Made by a program: the position numbers and the translations under genes. Shown here in pieces: positions 1 through 9,047 of a stretch of 56,799 bases of DNA (positions within the stretch are counted from its first letter, which is position 1; each line of letters opens with the position of its first letter). The notes beneath the pieces are model-generated. The model did no database searches. It saw only the letters and a program-made list of their open reading frames with translations, and was not told the DNA's origin. This stretch comes from Thermoplasmata archaeon (GTDB taxonomy: Archaea > Thermoplasmatota > Thermoplasmata > Lutacidiplasmatales > UBA184): assembly GCA_030037815.1 (NCBI GenBank), contig JASHPZ010000017.1:1-56799 (forward strand), given 5' to 3'.

Positions 1-165
1 GACCTCGACGCGAACCTCGGCACCGACCGCGCGCTCGCGCGCCTGTCCGCGTTCGCCGACGCGTGGGAGTCGAACCCCAACCCGCGCGCCGCCCGAGGAG
101 AGCGCGCGGACGTCCGCGACGCGCTCCGCCGCGTCGAGGCGCGGCTCGGGCTGCCGCTGCTCTAG
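1..165 (+). CDS. 3' end of a gene entering the window; possibly cysteinyl-tRNA synthetase C-terminal (DALR-like) region
   Basis: Frame 1 is open from base 1 (DLDANLGTDRALARLSAFADAW...RLGLPLL) to TAG at 163-165. The start resembles the CysRS DDxNTxxAL motif, but the fragment is short. Confidence 0.4.
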   Translation, partial: DLDANLGTDRALARLSAFADAWESNPNPRAARGERADVRDALRRVEARLGLPLL

Positions 166-1367
166 GCCCGCGGCCGCTCGACCACGGTGGAGAGGCCGTT
201 CCCGCCGCCCATGCACAGGGTCGCGAGCCCGAGGTGGCCGTTCGTGCGCCGGAGCTCGTGGGCGAGCGTGACGACGATCCGCGCGCCCGACGACCCGATC
301 GGGTGACCGAGCGCGATCGCGCCGCCGAGGACGTTGAACTGGCGGTCGGTGAACCCGAACGCGCGCTGGACCGCGATGGACGCCGAGGCGTACGCCTCGT
401 TGTGCTCGACCCGGTCGAACGCGGCGGGGGTGAGGCCCGTCTTCTCGAGGTGCTGGCGCACGGTCGGGATGGGGGACTCCATCACGTCGCGGGGGTGGAC
501 CCCGCTCTCCGCGATCGAGTGGACCCACGCGAGCGGGGTCAGGTGGCGCGCCGCCACGACGTCGCGGCTCGCGAGCACCAGCGCGGAGGCGCCGTCCGCG
601 AGCTTCGAGGAGTTGCCCGCCGTCAAGAGGCCCTTCGGAGTGAACGCCGGCTTCAGCTTCGCCAGCCCTTCGAGCGTCGAGTCGCCCCGCGGGGCCTCGT
701 CGTGGTCGAGGCCGGGCGAGCCGGCTCCGGCGCCGGGCGGGACCGCGACCAGCTCGTCCCGGAAGGTGCCGTCCGTGACCGCCTTCGCGGCGCGCCGGTG
801 ACTCTCCAGCGCGAAGGCGTCGACCTCGGCGCGGGTCAGCCCGAGCTTCGTCGCGATCCGCTCCCCCGTGAGTCCCATCAGTTCGTGCTCGTCGTAGGCG
901 TCGATCAACGAGTCCCGCTGCATCGCGTCGTCCAGGACGTGCGGCCCGGGCGGAGAACCCCACCGCATACTCGGGTCGACCAGGAACGGCGCGCCGGACA
1001 TGCTCTCCATGCCGCCGACCAGCACGCGGTCGAACTGGCCCGCCTGGACCCCCATCACCCCGAGGTGGAGGGCCTTCATGCCGGAGCCGCAGACCATGTT
1101 GACGGTCGCCGCCCCGACCGAGTCCGGGACGCCCGCCCCGCGGAGCACCTGCCGGGCCGGGTTCTGCCCCGCGCCGGCCTGGATCGACTGGCCGAACAGG
1201 ACCTCCTCGATATCGGCGGGCGCGAGGCCGGACCGGGCGACCGCGGCGGTCGCCGCGATCGTGCCGAGCCGGGTCGCGGCGACCGTCCGGAGCGAACCCC
1301 CGAACCGGCCGATCGGCGTGCGGACGGCGGAGAGGATGGCGACCGCGGGCGGCAGTGGCCGATGCAC
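162..1367 (-). CDS. Acetyl-CoA C-acyltransferase (thiolase)
   Basis: RTPIG, NMVCGSGM (catalytic Cys), GGMESMS, HNEAYA, GGAIALGHPIGSSG and CMGGG motifs. Confidence 0.96.
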   Translation of the reverse strand: MHRPLPPAVAILSAVRTPIGRFGGSLRTVAATRLGTIAATAAVARSGLAPADIEEVLFGQSIQAGAGQNPARQVLRGAGVPDSVGAATVNMVCGSGMKALHLGVMGVQAGQFDRVLVGGMESMSGAPFLVDPSMRWGSPPGPHVLDDAMQRDSLIDAYDEHELMGLTGERIATKLGLTRAEVDAFALESHRRAAKAVTDGTFRDELVAVPPGAGAGSPGLDHDEAPRGDSTLEGLAKLKPAFTPKGLLTAGNSSKLADGASALVLASRDVVAARHLTPLAWVHSIAESGVHPRDVMESPIPTVRQHLEKTGLTPAAFDRVEHNEAYASASIAVQRAFGFTDRQFNVLGGAIALGHPIGSSGARIVVTLAHELRRTNGHLGLATLCMGGGNGLSTVVERPRA

Positions 1368-1430
1368 GACGTATCGACCGGGACCGGCGATATAGGCTTG
1401 GTGGCGGCGGGCCGCCGCCGAGGCGTCCCG

Positions 1431-2162
1431 TCAGTCCTCTTCGACCCGCGGCGCGAGGAGGTACCGTCCCTCGCCGCGTCCGGCGCCCATCGCGAACTCG
1501 ATCTTGAGCGGGTACTCGTTCCCGACGTGGAGCGTCGCCTCGTCCGCCGCGATCGACTTCACCATCGCCGAGAAGAAGTCGAGCGGGTACATGCTCTTCA
1601 CCGAGTCCTTCACGTCGAGCCGGGTGAGGGTCTCCTTCGGGATGCGGAGGTCGAGGCGGTCGGTGTCGCCCTCCGAATGCATCGTGAACGCCTCGGGCTC
1701 GACCGTCAGGGTGACGTGGTCCGTGAAGCTCTCCGAGCCGCGGATCCCCTGGCGCATGTCCTCCATCTTCACCGTCACGCTCGCGGGGGGATTGACGTTC
1801 GGGACCTTCGGGTCGGTGATCCCGGCCGGGTCGACCACGGCCATCTGACGGGTCAGGCGTCCGACGGACGCGACCAGGCGGTTCTTCCCGTCGTACTGGA
1901 GGTCGATGACGTCGCCCGGCTTCGAGAGCCGGAGCACCTCCTTCAGCTTCTCGATGTCGACGCCGACCTCGGTCGGTTCGCCGGTGAACTCTTCGAACAC
2001 GCCCTTCTGGAGCTTCAGGACCAGCATCGCGACGTGGGACGGGTCGACCGCCTTCGCCTCGAGACCGTCCTTCGAGACCGCGAGCTTGACCTCGCTCACG
2101 AGGGTGGAGACGACCTCGACGACCTCGCGGAGGTTCTCCATCTTGATGCGGAGCTTGAACAT
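1431..2162 (-). CDS. pcn: DNA polymerase sliding clamp PCNA
   Basis: 243 aa from ATG 2162 (MFKLRIK). AVDPSHVAM and C-terminal YLLAPRVEE motifs. Confidence 0.96.
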   Translation of the reverse strand: MFKLRIKMENLREVVEVVSTLVSEVKLAVSKDGLEAKAVDPSHVAMLVLKLQKGVFEEFTGEPTEVGVDIEKLKEVLRLSKPGDVIDLQYDGKNRLVASVGRLTRQMAVVDPAGITDPKVPNVNPPASVTVKMEDMRQGIRGSESFTDHVTLTVEPEAFTMHSEGDTDRLDLRIPKETLTRLDVKDSVKSMYPLDFFSAMVKSIAADEATLHVGNEYPLKIEFAMGAGRGEGRYLLAPRVEED

Positions 2163-2262
2163 CCGAAATCCTCGGGGCGCGACACATCGGGGTCGCCCTA
2201 AAAAGATTGCCCGGCCCGAGGGACCAGAACCGATTTTGCCCCGCGGTTCTCCCCTCGGTCCC

Positions 2263-3021
2263 GTGACCGAACTCGACTTCCTGGTCGACATCGACGCCGC
2301 CTACCGCACCCGGTTCCGGGCCCGGATCACCGCGCTCCCGCCCGGCGGCGTGGTGCTCGACCGGACGCTGTTCTACCCGACCGGGGGCGGCCAGCCCGCG
2401 GACCGCGGGCACCTCACGGCCGCCGACGGTGCCGCGAGCGAGGTGGTCGACGTCACGAAGTCCGGACCGGCGGTCGTCCACCGCCTCCGGCCGTCGGCCC
2501 GCCCCGCGACCCCCTGGACGGTCGGGGCGGAGCTGGAGGGTCGCATCGACTGGCCGCGTCGGCACCGCCACATGCGCCTCCACACCGGCCAGCACCTCCT
2601 CAGCGCCCGGATCTTCGAGCGCACCGGCTTGAAGACGCGGAAGGCGAACCTGTCGGGCGTCGGGGCGACGCTCGACCTGAACGGCGCCCTCGACCCCGCG
2701 GTCGTGGACCGGCTCCTCGAGGACCTCGCGGACGCGGTCGCGCACCCCCGACGGGTCGCGGTGCGCCACGTGCCCCGCGCGGAGTGGGACCGGAATCCCA
2801 CCGCGGAGCGGTCGGGCCTCGTCCCGCTGCCGCCGCACGTCGACCCGGTGCGCGTGATCGAGGTGGACGGGATGGACGTCTGCCCCTGCGGCGGCACGCA
2901 CCTGCGGTCGACGGGCGAGCTCGGGGCGGTGCGGATCGCCCCCCTGACCCCGCGGGAGGGCGGCGACAGCCGCGTCTCCTTTACGCTGGTCGACCCCGGG
3001 CCGACCACGCCGCCCGAGTGA
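2263..3021 (+). CDS. alaX: Alanyl-tRNA editing protein AlaX (AlaX-M type)
   Basis: GTG start 2263. FYPTGGGQPAD, HMRLHTGQH (HxxxH) and CGGTH zinc motifs. Confidence 0.92.
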   Translation: MTELDFLVDIDAAYRTRFRARITALPPGGVVLDRTLFYPTGGGQPADRGHLTAADGAASEVVDVTKSGPAVVHRLRPSARPATPWTVGAELEGRIDWPRRHRHMRLHTGQHLLSARIFERTGLKTRKANLSGVGATLDLNGALDPAVVDRLLEDLADAVAHPRRVAVRHVPRAEWDRNPTAERSGLVPLPPHVDPVRVIEVDGMDVCPCGGTHLRSTGELGAVRIAPLTPREGGDSRVSFTLVDPGPTTPPE

Positions 3022-3532
3022 CCCCGTACACGTAGACGTCGTGCCACCGCCCGTGGTGGAACAGCGCGCGCGCGAGCGTGCCTTCGCGGCGGAAGCCCAG
3101 CCCTTCGACCAGTCGGGCGGAGGGGAGGTTGTCGACGTCGCACACGGCGCCCACCCGCTCGATGCGGTGGGTCTCGAAGAGGTGGCCGACCAGCAGCCCG
3201 ACCGCTTCGCGGCCGTACCCCTTCCCCCGGGCCGCGGGGTCGGCGAGCAGGTACCACGTGTCGAGGTACTCGAGCACCGGGTGTCCCTGGTAGTACCCCA
3301 CGGCGCCGATGGCGCCGGGCGCGTCCGTCCGCTCGATCACGAACCGCGGCGCGAGCGACGCCGGGTCCCCGTCCGCGGTCTCGACGCTGCGCACGAACGA
3401 GTCGTACGTGTCGGTGACGTACCGGTCGAACGGGGAGACCAGGTCGGGGTCCGCGTACCACGCGAACACGGTCCGGTACTCGTCGGACCGCACCGGACGG
3501 AGCCGGACGTGGGCGCCCTCGAGGGCCGTCAC
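2981..3532 (-). CDS. GNAT N-acetyltransferase, RimJ/RimL type
   Basis: VRLRP, RGKGYGREA, NLPSARLVEGLGFRREG and GRWHD motifs. GTG start inferred at 3532. Confidence 0.88.
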   Translation of the reverse strand: MTALEGAHVRLRPVRSDEYRTVFAWYADPDLVSPFDRYVTDTYDSFVRSVETADGDPASLAPRFVIERTDAPGAIGAVGYYQGHPVLEYLDTWYLLADPAARGKGYGREAVGLLVGHLFETHRIERVGAVCDVDNLPSARLVEGLGFRREGTLARALFHHGRWHDVYVYGVTRAAWSARGRPA

Positions 3533-3540
3533 GTCGCCCG

Positions 3541-3954
3541 TCAATCTCCGTGGGCGTTCAGGTGCCGCCGGGGCACGCTGTCGGTCCCGGGCGGAGGGAG
3601 CGGCGGCTCCGGGTCGACCGGGAGGTCGTCCGCGGGCGTCGGCGGCACGACCGGGCCGCCGGGGTCGTCCCCGTGCTGGACCTCGAGCGCCTTCCTGTGG
3701 CCGGACGGGGTGAGCGTGAAGACGTGCTTCGGTTCGGAGTATCCCACGACGTACTGGGTGCGGCGGTAGACGAGGCGGCCGATCTCGAGGACGTGGAGCG
3801 CCTGCTTGAGCGCGGCCGTGTCCTCGTCCGAAAACTTCCGGAGGATGCCGAACTCGGTCGTCCACTGGGACGCCTCGAACCGGACCTGCTGCCCGCGGTG
3901 CTCGAGCAGATGCATCAGGAGCATCCGCTCGAGGCGGTCCAACTGCTCGTCCAT
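3541..3954 (-). CDS. Hypothetical protein, possible winged-helix fold with Pro-rich tail
   Basis: Protein-like composition. LKQALHVLEIGRLV...FTLTPSG resembles a wHTH recognition helix and wing. Confidence 0.65.
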   Translation of the reverse strand: MDEQLDRLERMLLMHLLEHRGQQVRFEASQWTTEFGILRKFSDEDTAALKQALHVLEIGRLVYRRTQYVVGYSEPKHVFTLTPSGHRKALEVQHGDDPGGPVVPPTPADDLPVDPEPPLPPPGTDSVPRRHLNAHGD

Positions 3955-3976
3955 CGGTGAATCGTGACCCGTCGGC

Positions 3977-4201
3977 TCACGAGATCGTGGTGATCTCGTA
4001 GTTAACGTCCAGCCCCTTCAATCGCTCGTGCATCTCGGTCGTCAGTCGGACGACGTCGTCGAGCGCCGCCTTGTCCTTCCACTTGTAAACGAAGTCGTGC
4101 ATCCCCATCGACTCCTCGAACCCGAGCCCCCGCATCGCCTCGAGGACCCGAAGGGGATTCGCCCCCTCCGAGTGGAAGGTCATGCGCACGTACGTTCTCA
4201 T
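3977..4201 (-). CDS. Small hypothetical protein (74 aa, ferredoxin-like beta-alpha-beta pattern)
   Basis: MRTYVRMTFHSEGANP...YEITTIS, with host-like codon usage. First gene of a three-gene minus-strand run. Confidence 0.75.
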   Translation of the reverse strand: MRTYVRMTFHSEGANPLRVLEAMRGLGFEESMGMHDFVYKWKDKAALDDVVRLTTEMHERLKGLDVNYEITTIS

Positions 4202-4248
4202 CCGACCACGCACCGGCGCGACGAGCAACGAGTTTAGGCGGGGCTTCA

Positions 4249-4257
4249 TTTATATAT
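4249..4257 (+). promoter_or_regulatory. TATA box for the epimerase gene (divergent promoter region)
   Basis: TTTATATAT ends 23 nt before ATG 4281 in a very GC-rich background. Confidence 0.75.
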
Positions 4258-4280
4258 GCTTCCCTGACGAGCCCTCGGCG

Positions 4281-5249
4281 ATGACGGGCGCGCGCGCGTC
4301 GGGCCCGACGGTGGTCACCGGGGGCGCCGGCGCGATCGGTTCGATGCTCGTCGCGGCGCTGCTCGCGCGCGGGCTCGAAGTCCGCGTCGTCGACAACCTC
4401 TCGGCCGGCAAACGCGCCCATCTCCCCGGCGACGGCACGGCCGAGCGCCTGACGCTCACCGTCGCCGACCTCCGCACGCCGGGCGGCGTCGACCCGGCGG
4501 TGGCGGGCGCCGCGTCCGTCTGGCACCTGGCCGCGAACACCGACATCCGGCGCGGCTCGGCCGACCCGAGCGTCGACTTCGAGCACGGCACGCTCGCGAC
4601 GTTCCATCTTCTCGAGTCGGTCCGACGCCACGACGTGCCGGAGGTCCGGTACGCCTCCTCGAGCGTCGTCTACGGTTCGGCGCGCGTCCTGCCGACCCCG
4701 GAGACGTACGGCCCGCTGGTCCCGGAGTCGCTCTACGGGGCCGCGAAGCTCGCCGGCGAGGGGATGTGCGCGGCGTACGCCCACACCTACGGCTTCCGCG
4801 CCCGCCTCTTCCGGTTCGCGAACATCATCGGCCCGGGGATGACCCACGGCATCCTGTGCGATTTCTTCGAAAAGCTCCGCAACGACCCGACCCGGCTCGA
4901 GATCCTCGGTGACGGGAAGCAGTCGAAGAGCTACCTAAGGACGGAGGACTGCGTGAGCGGGATGCTCGCGGTCGCGGACCGGGCGGAGGGCCGCGTCGAG
5001 GTGTTCAATCTCGGCACGACCGACCGGATCACGGCCCGCGAGATCGGGGAGAAGGTCGTGGCCGCGCACGGCGGGCGGGCGCGGATCGAGTTCACGGGCG
5101 GGGAGCGCGGCTGGGTGGGCGACGTCCCCCAGACCTTCCTCGCCATCGACAAGGTGCTCGCGCTCGGCTGGAAGCCCCAGTACTCGAGCGCCGGCGCGGT
5201 CGACCGTACCATCGAGGAGATGGTCGAAGCGCGCCGGTGCCCGCCTTAG
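4281..5249 (+). CDS. NAD-dependent epimerase/dehydratase (UDP-glucose 4-epimerase-like)
   Basis: TGGAGAIG, HLAA, SSSVVYG and YGAAK (YxxxK) extended SDR motifs. Confidence 0.93.
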   Translation: MTGARASGPTVVTGGAGAIGSMLVAALLARGLEVRVVDNLSAGKRAHLPGDGTAERLTLTVADLRTPGGVDPAVAGAASVWHLAANTDIRRGSADPSVDFEHGTLATFHLLESVRRHDVPEVRYASSSVVYGSARVLPTPETYGPLVPESLYGAAKLAGEGMCAAYAHTYGFRARLFRFANIIGPGMTHGILCDFFEKLRNDPTRLEILGDGKQSKSYLRTEDCVSGMLAVADRAEGRVEVFNLGTTDRITAREIGEKVVAAHGGRARIEFTGGERGWVGDVPQTFLAIDKVLALGWKPQYSSAGAVDRTIEEMVEARRCPP

Positions 5250-6286
5250 GGCGGGCCGCGGTTCGGCCGCATCGCCTCGGCGTAGACCGCCAGGTGGGCC
5301 CGCACCACTTCGGGCCAGGCGTACCGGGTGCGCGCGACCTCGCGCGCGGCGTCCCCGACCCGCCGACGGAGCGCGGCGTCCGAACCGAGCGCCTTCAACC
5401 GGTCGGAGGCGGCGCGCCGGAACGCGGGGGCGCTCGCGTCGTCCACGACCCAGCCGGTCGTCCCGGAGTCGAACACGCCGTCGAGCGCGGAGCCCCCGAC
5501 CACCGGGAGGCCGGCGGCGAGCGCCTGGAGGACGGTCGCCGACAGGATCTCGACCGAGCTCGGGTGGACGAGCACGTCGCTCTCGCGGAAGAGGCGCTCG
5601 AGCTCGTCGGGCGCGACCTCCCCGAGCAGTTCCACGCCGTCCCCCGCCGCGCGGACCGAGTCGGCGTACGCGGGCGAAGGTATCGGACCGGCGAGCTTCA
5701 GCGAGAGTCCGGTGCCCCGGAGGGCGGCGGCGGCCCACTCCCACCGCTTGAACGGGAGCACGACACCGACGCCGAGCGCGGTCGTGCCCGTGCGACGACC
5801 CCAGTCGGGACGGAAGCGGTCGGAGTCGACCCCGAACGGGATGACCGTGAGCGGCGCGTGGGGGGCGCGCACGGTCGACTCCATCGTGCGCCGGAGCCGT
5901 TCGGTCAGCGCGACGACCGCGCGCGCGCGTCGCACCGCGCGCCGCTCGAGCCAGTATCCCCAGCGGTGCGTCCACCGCTCGCGGAAGTACCAGTGGCGCG
6001 AGTGGGACGTGTAGACCAGCGGACGCCCCCCGCCCGCGAGTCGGTTCGCGACGACCGGCGTGTGGGCGTGGAGGACGTCGTACCGCTCGCGCCGCAGCAG
6101 CGCCGGGAGCTCCCACGCGAACGCGTACTCGTCGCGCATCCGCCGGTGGCGTACGCGGTTGACGACCTCCGCCTCGTGTCCCGCCGCGCGCAGGCCGCGC
6201 TGGAGCTCCGTGATGATCTGCTCCACCGCGCCGTAGCCGGTCGGTGGGATCGGGTGGACCCCCCCTCCGATGAGGAGAATCCGCAC
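5246..6286 (-). CDS. Glycosyltransferase family 4 (GT-B)
   Basis: GTG start 6286 (VRILLIGGG). PPTGYGAVE, YDVLHAH, IPFGVD and HPSSVEILSATVLQALAAGLPVV motifs. Confidence 0.9.
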   Translation of the reverse strand: MRILLIGGGVHPIPPTGYGAVEQIITELQRGLRAAGHEAEVVNRVRHRRMRDEYAFAWELPALLRRERYDVLHAHTPVVANRLAGGGRPLVYTSHSRHWYFRERWTHRWGYWLERRAVRRARAVVALTERLRRTMESTVRAPHAPLTVIPFGVDSDRFRPDWGRRTGTTALGVGVVLPFKRWEWAAAALRGTGLSLKLAGPIPSPAYADSVRAAGDGVELLGEVAPDELERLFRESDVLVHPSSVEILSATVLQALAAGLPVVGGSALDGVFDSGTTGWVVDDASAPAFRRAASDRLKALGSDAALRRRVGDAAREVARTRYAWPEVVRAHLAVYAEAMRPNRGPP

Positions 6287-6370
6287 GGCGTACCCAGCGG
6301 ACCGTGGGATTAAGGTCTTGGCGCGCTGGTCGTCCGGCGAGGAAGCCCGGCCGCGCGCCGGGGGGTCCGG

Positions 6371-7201
6371 ATGAGCACGATCACGGTCGAGATCGCGGTC
6401 CGCGACGACCCCCGGCTCGTCCGAGCCGTCCGGTCGCTCCGCGACCAGACCCGTCGGCCCGACCACATCCTCCTCGTCGCGACGCCCGAGACTCCGGCCG
6501 CGCTGGTCGCCCAGGCGACCGCGGCCGCCGACGCAATCCCGGTGGAGACCCTGCGCGTCTCGGGCGGCGTCGTGGACGCGCGGCAGGCCGGCCTCGCGCA
6601 CCTCCCCGACGAGGTCACCGCCTTCCTCGACACCGACGAGGAGGCCCCTCCGGAGTGGCTCGGCCGCCTGGTGGCCCCGATCGAGGCCGGACGCGCGGCC
6701 TTCGCGGGCGGACCGACCCGGCCGGCCGCGCCGCCCGAGACGCCGATCGAGCGGTACCAGGCGCTGATCGAGGCGTCGATCTACGAGGACCTCGTGCCGG
6801 CGAAGCTCACGTACCTGCCGCTCCAGAACACGGCCTGGAGGACCGCGGACCTGCGTCGGCTCGGGTTCGACCCGCGCATCCCGTTCGCGGAGGACCACGA
6901 CCTCGAGGTCCGGGCCCAGCGGGCCGGACTCGCGGGCGAGTTCGTACCGGACGCGTGGGTGCGCCACGACAAGAGCGACGAGACGAGTTACTACCGCTGG
7001 GCGCGCAAGCGGTACCGTTACAACGTCGCGCTCGCGATGTCGATGATCAAGAACGACGAGCTCCGGGGCCGGGTGGCCGAGCGACGGCGGCCAATCCCCC
7101 ACCGGTTGCGGTTCGTGGAGGCCGCGATGAAACCGGTGGCGCTCGCCCACGCCGCGCTCCGCTGGCGCCGGGTCGCGGGCCGGCGGGTTCCGGCCCCCTG
7201 A
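6371..7201 (+). CDS. Glycosyltransferase family 2 (GT-A)
   Basis: SLRDQT, FLDTD (DxD), GFDP and AEDHDL motifs. Confidence 0.88.
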   Translation: MSTITVEIAVRDDPRLVRAVRSLRDQTRRPDHILLVATPETPAALVAQATAAADAIPVETLRVSGGVVDARQAGLAHLPDEVTAFLDTDEEAPPEWLGRLVAPIEAGRAAFAGGPTRPAAPPETPIERYQALIEASIYEDLVPAKLTYLPLQNTAWRTADLRRLGFDPRIPFAEDHDLEVRAQRAGLAGEFVPDAWVRHDKSDETSYYRWARKRYRYNVALAMSMIKNDELRGRVAERRRPIPHRLRFVEAAMKPVALAHAALRWRRVAGRRVPAP

Positions 7202-7233
7202 GCGGGAGCCCTCCGCCACCGTCCCGAAGCAAA

Positions 7234-7240
7234 CTTTATC
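7234..7240 (+). promoter_or_regulatory. TATA box for the FKBP gene
   Basis: AAA-CTTTATC ends 23 nt before ATG 7264, consistent with a leaderless mRNA. Confidence 0.65.
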
Positions 7241-7263
7241 CCACGTCCCGGTTCGGCGGGGCC

Positions 7264-8127
7264 ATGTCGCCTGACGCCGCCCGCTCCGCCGGGGCCACCG
7301 AGCCCGGCGACCTCGTCAAGATCGAATACGACCTCTGGGCCGAGGGCGGCGGCAAGACCGAGCTCCTCGACACGACCCACGAAGAGACGGCCCGCAAGGC
7401 CGATGCGGAGAGCCCGGAAGGGCGCAGCTGGGGTCCGCGGGCCCACCAGATCGGCGGCGACTACTTCCCGGCCGGCGTCGAGAACGCCCTGGTCGGGCTG
7501 AAGGTCGGGGAAGAGGTCGAACGCGAGTTCGCGCCCCAGGACGCCTTCGGCGAGCGCGACCCGAACCTGATCGAACTGTTCTCGATGCACGAGATCTCCC
7601 GACTGCCCGAGATGCGGCGGGAGGACGCACACCTCGACCTCGGGACGGTGCTGACGATCAACGGCCGCCGGGGCCGCGTCGTGACGCTCACGGCAGCGCG
7701 CGTCCGCGTCGACTTCAACCCGCCGTTCGCGGGCAAGAAGGTCCGGGGCACGTTCAAGATCGTCGAGAAGATCCACGACCCCGTCGAGCAGGTGCGGGGC
7801 ATCCTCGAGCTCCAGTACGGCCGCTCGAACGAGTTCCACATCGAAGTCCACGAAAAGACCGTCACGCTCCGGATCCCCGACCGGTCGAAGTTCGACCTGG
7901 GGTGGGTCGCGGCGAAGCCGCGGGTCATCGACCGGCTTCGCACGCAACTGAAGCCGCACACGATCCGGGTGGTCGAGGAGTACGTCACCCCGACCCCCGA
8001 GAAGGCTCCGCCGGCCGAGGACGCCCCCGCGACGACGGATGCGACGGCGCCGGAGGCGCCGGCCGAGAAGCCCGCGCACGCGAAGCCCCACCGGGCGGCC
8101 AAGCCGGCCGCCGCGAAAGACGAGTAG
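7264..8127 (+). CDS. Long-type archaeal FKBP peptidyl-prolyl isomerase (SlyD-like)
   Basis: GDLVKIEY, LLDTT, AFGERD and VDFNPPFAGK motifs, followed by a C-terminal extra domain and an Ala/Pro/Lys tail. Confidence 0.92.
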   Translation: MSPDAARSAGATEPGDLVKIEYDLWAEGGGKTELLDTTHEETARKADAESPEGRSWGPRAHQIGGDYFPAGVENALVGLKVGEEVEREFAPQDAFGERDPNLIELFSMHEISRLPEMRREDAHLDLGTVLTINGRRGRVVTLTAARVRVDFNPPFAGKKVRGTFKIVEKIHDPVEQVRGILELQYGRSNEFHIEVHEKTVTLRIPDRSKFDLGWVAAKPRVIDRLRTQLKPHTIRVVEEYVTPTPEKAPPAEDAPATTDATAPEAPAEKPAHAKPHRAAKPAAAKDE

Positions 8128-8181
8128 GCCGCGGTCGAACGTACGACGCCCTCTTGAATCGAGGGCTCGTCCTCGGGCGGA

Positions 8182-8313
8182 ATGCAACCCACTCCGCCGG
8201 ACACCCGGATCCCGATGTCGTTCCTCGTCCTGGTGTTCGCGATCGCCGGAGCGATCGGGGCGGTGATCGCCTACCTCGGCATCACCGGGGCGATCGGCGT
8301 GCCGATCCCGTAG
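8182..8313 (+). CDS. 43-aa single-TM microprotein (not in ORF track)
   Basis: ATG 8182 to TAG 8313: MQPTPPDTRIPMSFLVLVFAIAGAIGAVIAYLGITGAIGVPIP. Host-like codons; CTTGAAT lies about 25 nt upstream. Confidence 0.7.
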   Translation: MQPTPPDTRIPMSFLVLVFAIAGAIGAVIAYLGITGAIGVPIP

Positions 8314-8362
8314 TCCGGGTGCGTATCGACCCGACTTAAACCGGGTCGTCCGTCGGCGAGCG

Positions 8363-8488
8363 ATGCCGCCCGAGGGAGGAACCGCCCACCGCACCGGGCC
8401 CTACACGGGCTGGATCGCCGGCGCGCTGGCCATCCTCGCGATCCTGGCCGCCGGCGCCGTCCTGTGGTTCATGTACCACCCGCTGTGA
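8363..8488 (+). CDS. 41-aa single-TM microprotein (not in ORF track)
   Basis: ATG 8363 to TGA 8488: MPPEGGTAHRTGPYTGWIAGALAILAILAAGAVLWFMYHPL. CTTAAA box at 8335-8340. Confidence 0.7.
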   Translation: MPPEGGTAHRTGPYTGWIAGALAILAILAAGAVLWFMYHPL

Positions 8489-9041
8489 CCCCGTCCTCCG
8501 GCGGGGCGCGGTGCCCCGTCCATCGGTAGAGGTAGACGTCGGTCGCGCGGTCGTAGGTCGTCGGGGTCCAACCCGGAATCGCGTGGCAGTGGCTGACCAC
8601 GCGGGCCCCGACGGGCAGCTCGGACTCGAACTTCGGTCGGAGACGCGCCATCGCCCCCGGCCACAGGAACGCGGTCACGACGGTCGCCGTCCGGTAGTCG
8701 AGGTGGAACAGGTTCCCCCAGTGGAGCGTGATCCGGTCGGCGCCCGTGCCGAAGCGTCGCCGCAATCGAAGGACGAGCATCCGGATCGGCTCGACCTCGA
8801 CGCCGACGACCCGCGCGCGGAACGTGCGGGCCGCGCGGAAGACGATCGCGCCGGTCCCCGCGCCCAGGTCGTAGACGGTGTCGTGGGGCGTGACCTCCGC
8901 GAGGCGCAGCATCATCGCAACGGAGGCGCGAGGGGTCGGCTGGTACCCCGCGCCGTAGACGAACGACGCGAAGACGAAGTAGCCCGTCGCCGCGGCGACC
9001 GCGAAGAGGGCGAGCGCGACCTCGACCTCGATCGCGGTCAT
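8469..9041 (-). CDS. Membrane-anchored class I SAM methyltransferase (FAM173/aKMT-like protein lysine methyltransferase)
   Basis: N-terminal TM helix, then YQPTP, VYDLGAGTG, GVEVE, ATVV, LRPKFESEL and GARVVSH motifs. Confidence 0.85.
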   Translation of the reverse strand: MTAIEVEVALALFAVAAATGYFVFASFVYGAGYQPTPRASVAMMLRLAEVTPHDTVYDLGAGTGAIVFRAARTFRARVVGVEVEPIRMLVLRLRRRFGTGADRITLHWGNLFHLDYRTATVVTAFLWPGAMARLRPKFESELPVGARVVSHCHAIPGWTPTTYDRATDVYLYRWTGHRAPPEDGVTAGGT

Positions 9042-9047
9042 CGACCT

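Noticed and set aside
1403-1419. GGCGGCGG-g-CCGCCGCC inverted repeat between pcn and the thiolase promoter
   Set aside because: Pure GC triplet repeat that is easily expected by chance at this composition.
63-2201. 712-aa plus-strand ORF and the many similar long Arg/Pro/Gly-rich ORFs (e.g. 16886-19405, 28615-31059, 40639-42903, 49491-51977)
   Set aside because: Antisense or off-frame shadows of well-supported genes. High GC suppresses stop codons and they contain no recognisable motifs.
5246-8127. Long N-terminal extensions on the GT4 (657 aa) and FKBP (607 aa) ORFs as domain fusions
   Set aside because: The extensions overlap the GT2 gene and are low-complexity. TATA positions support the shorter starts.
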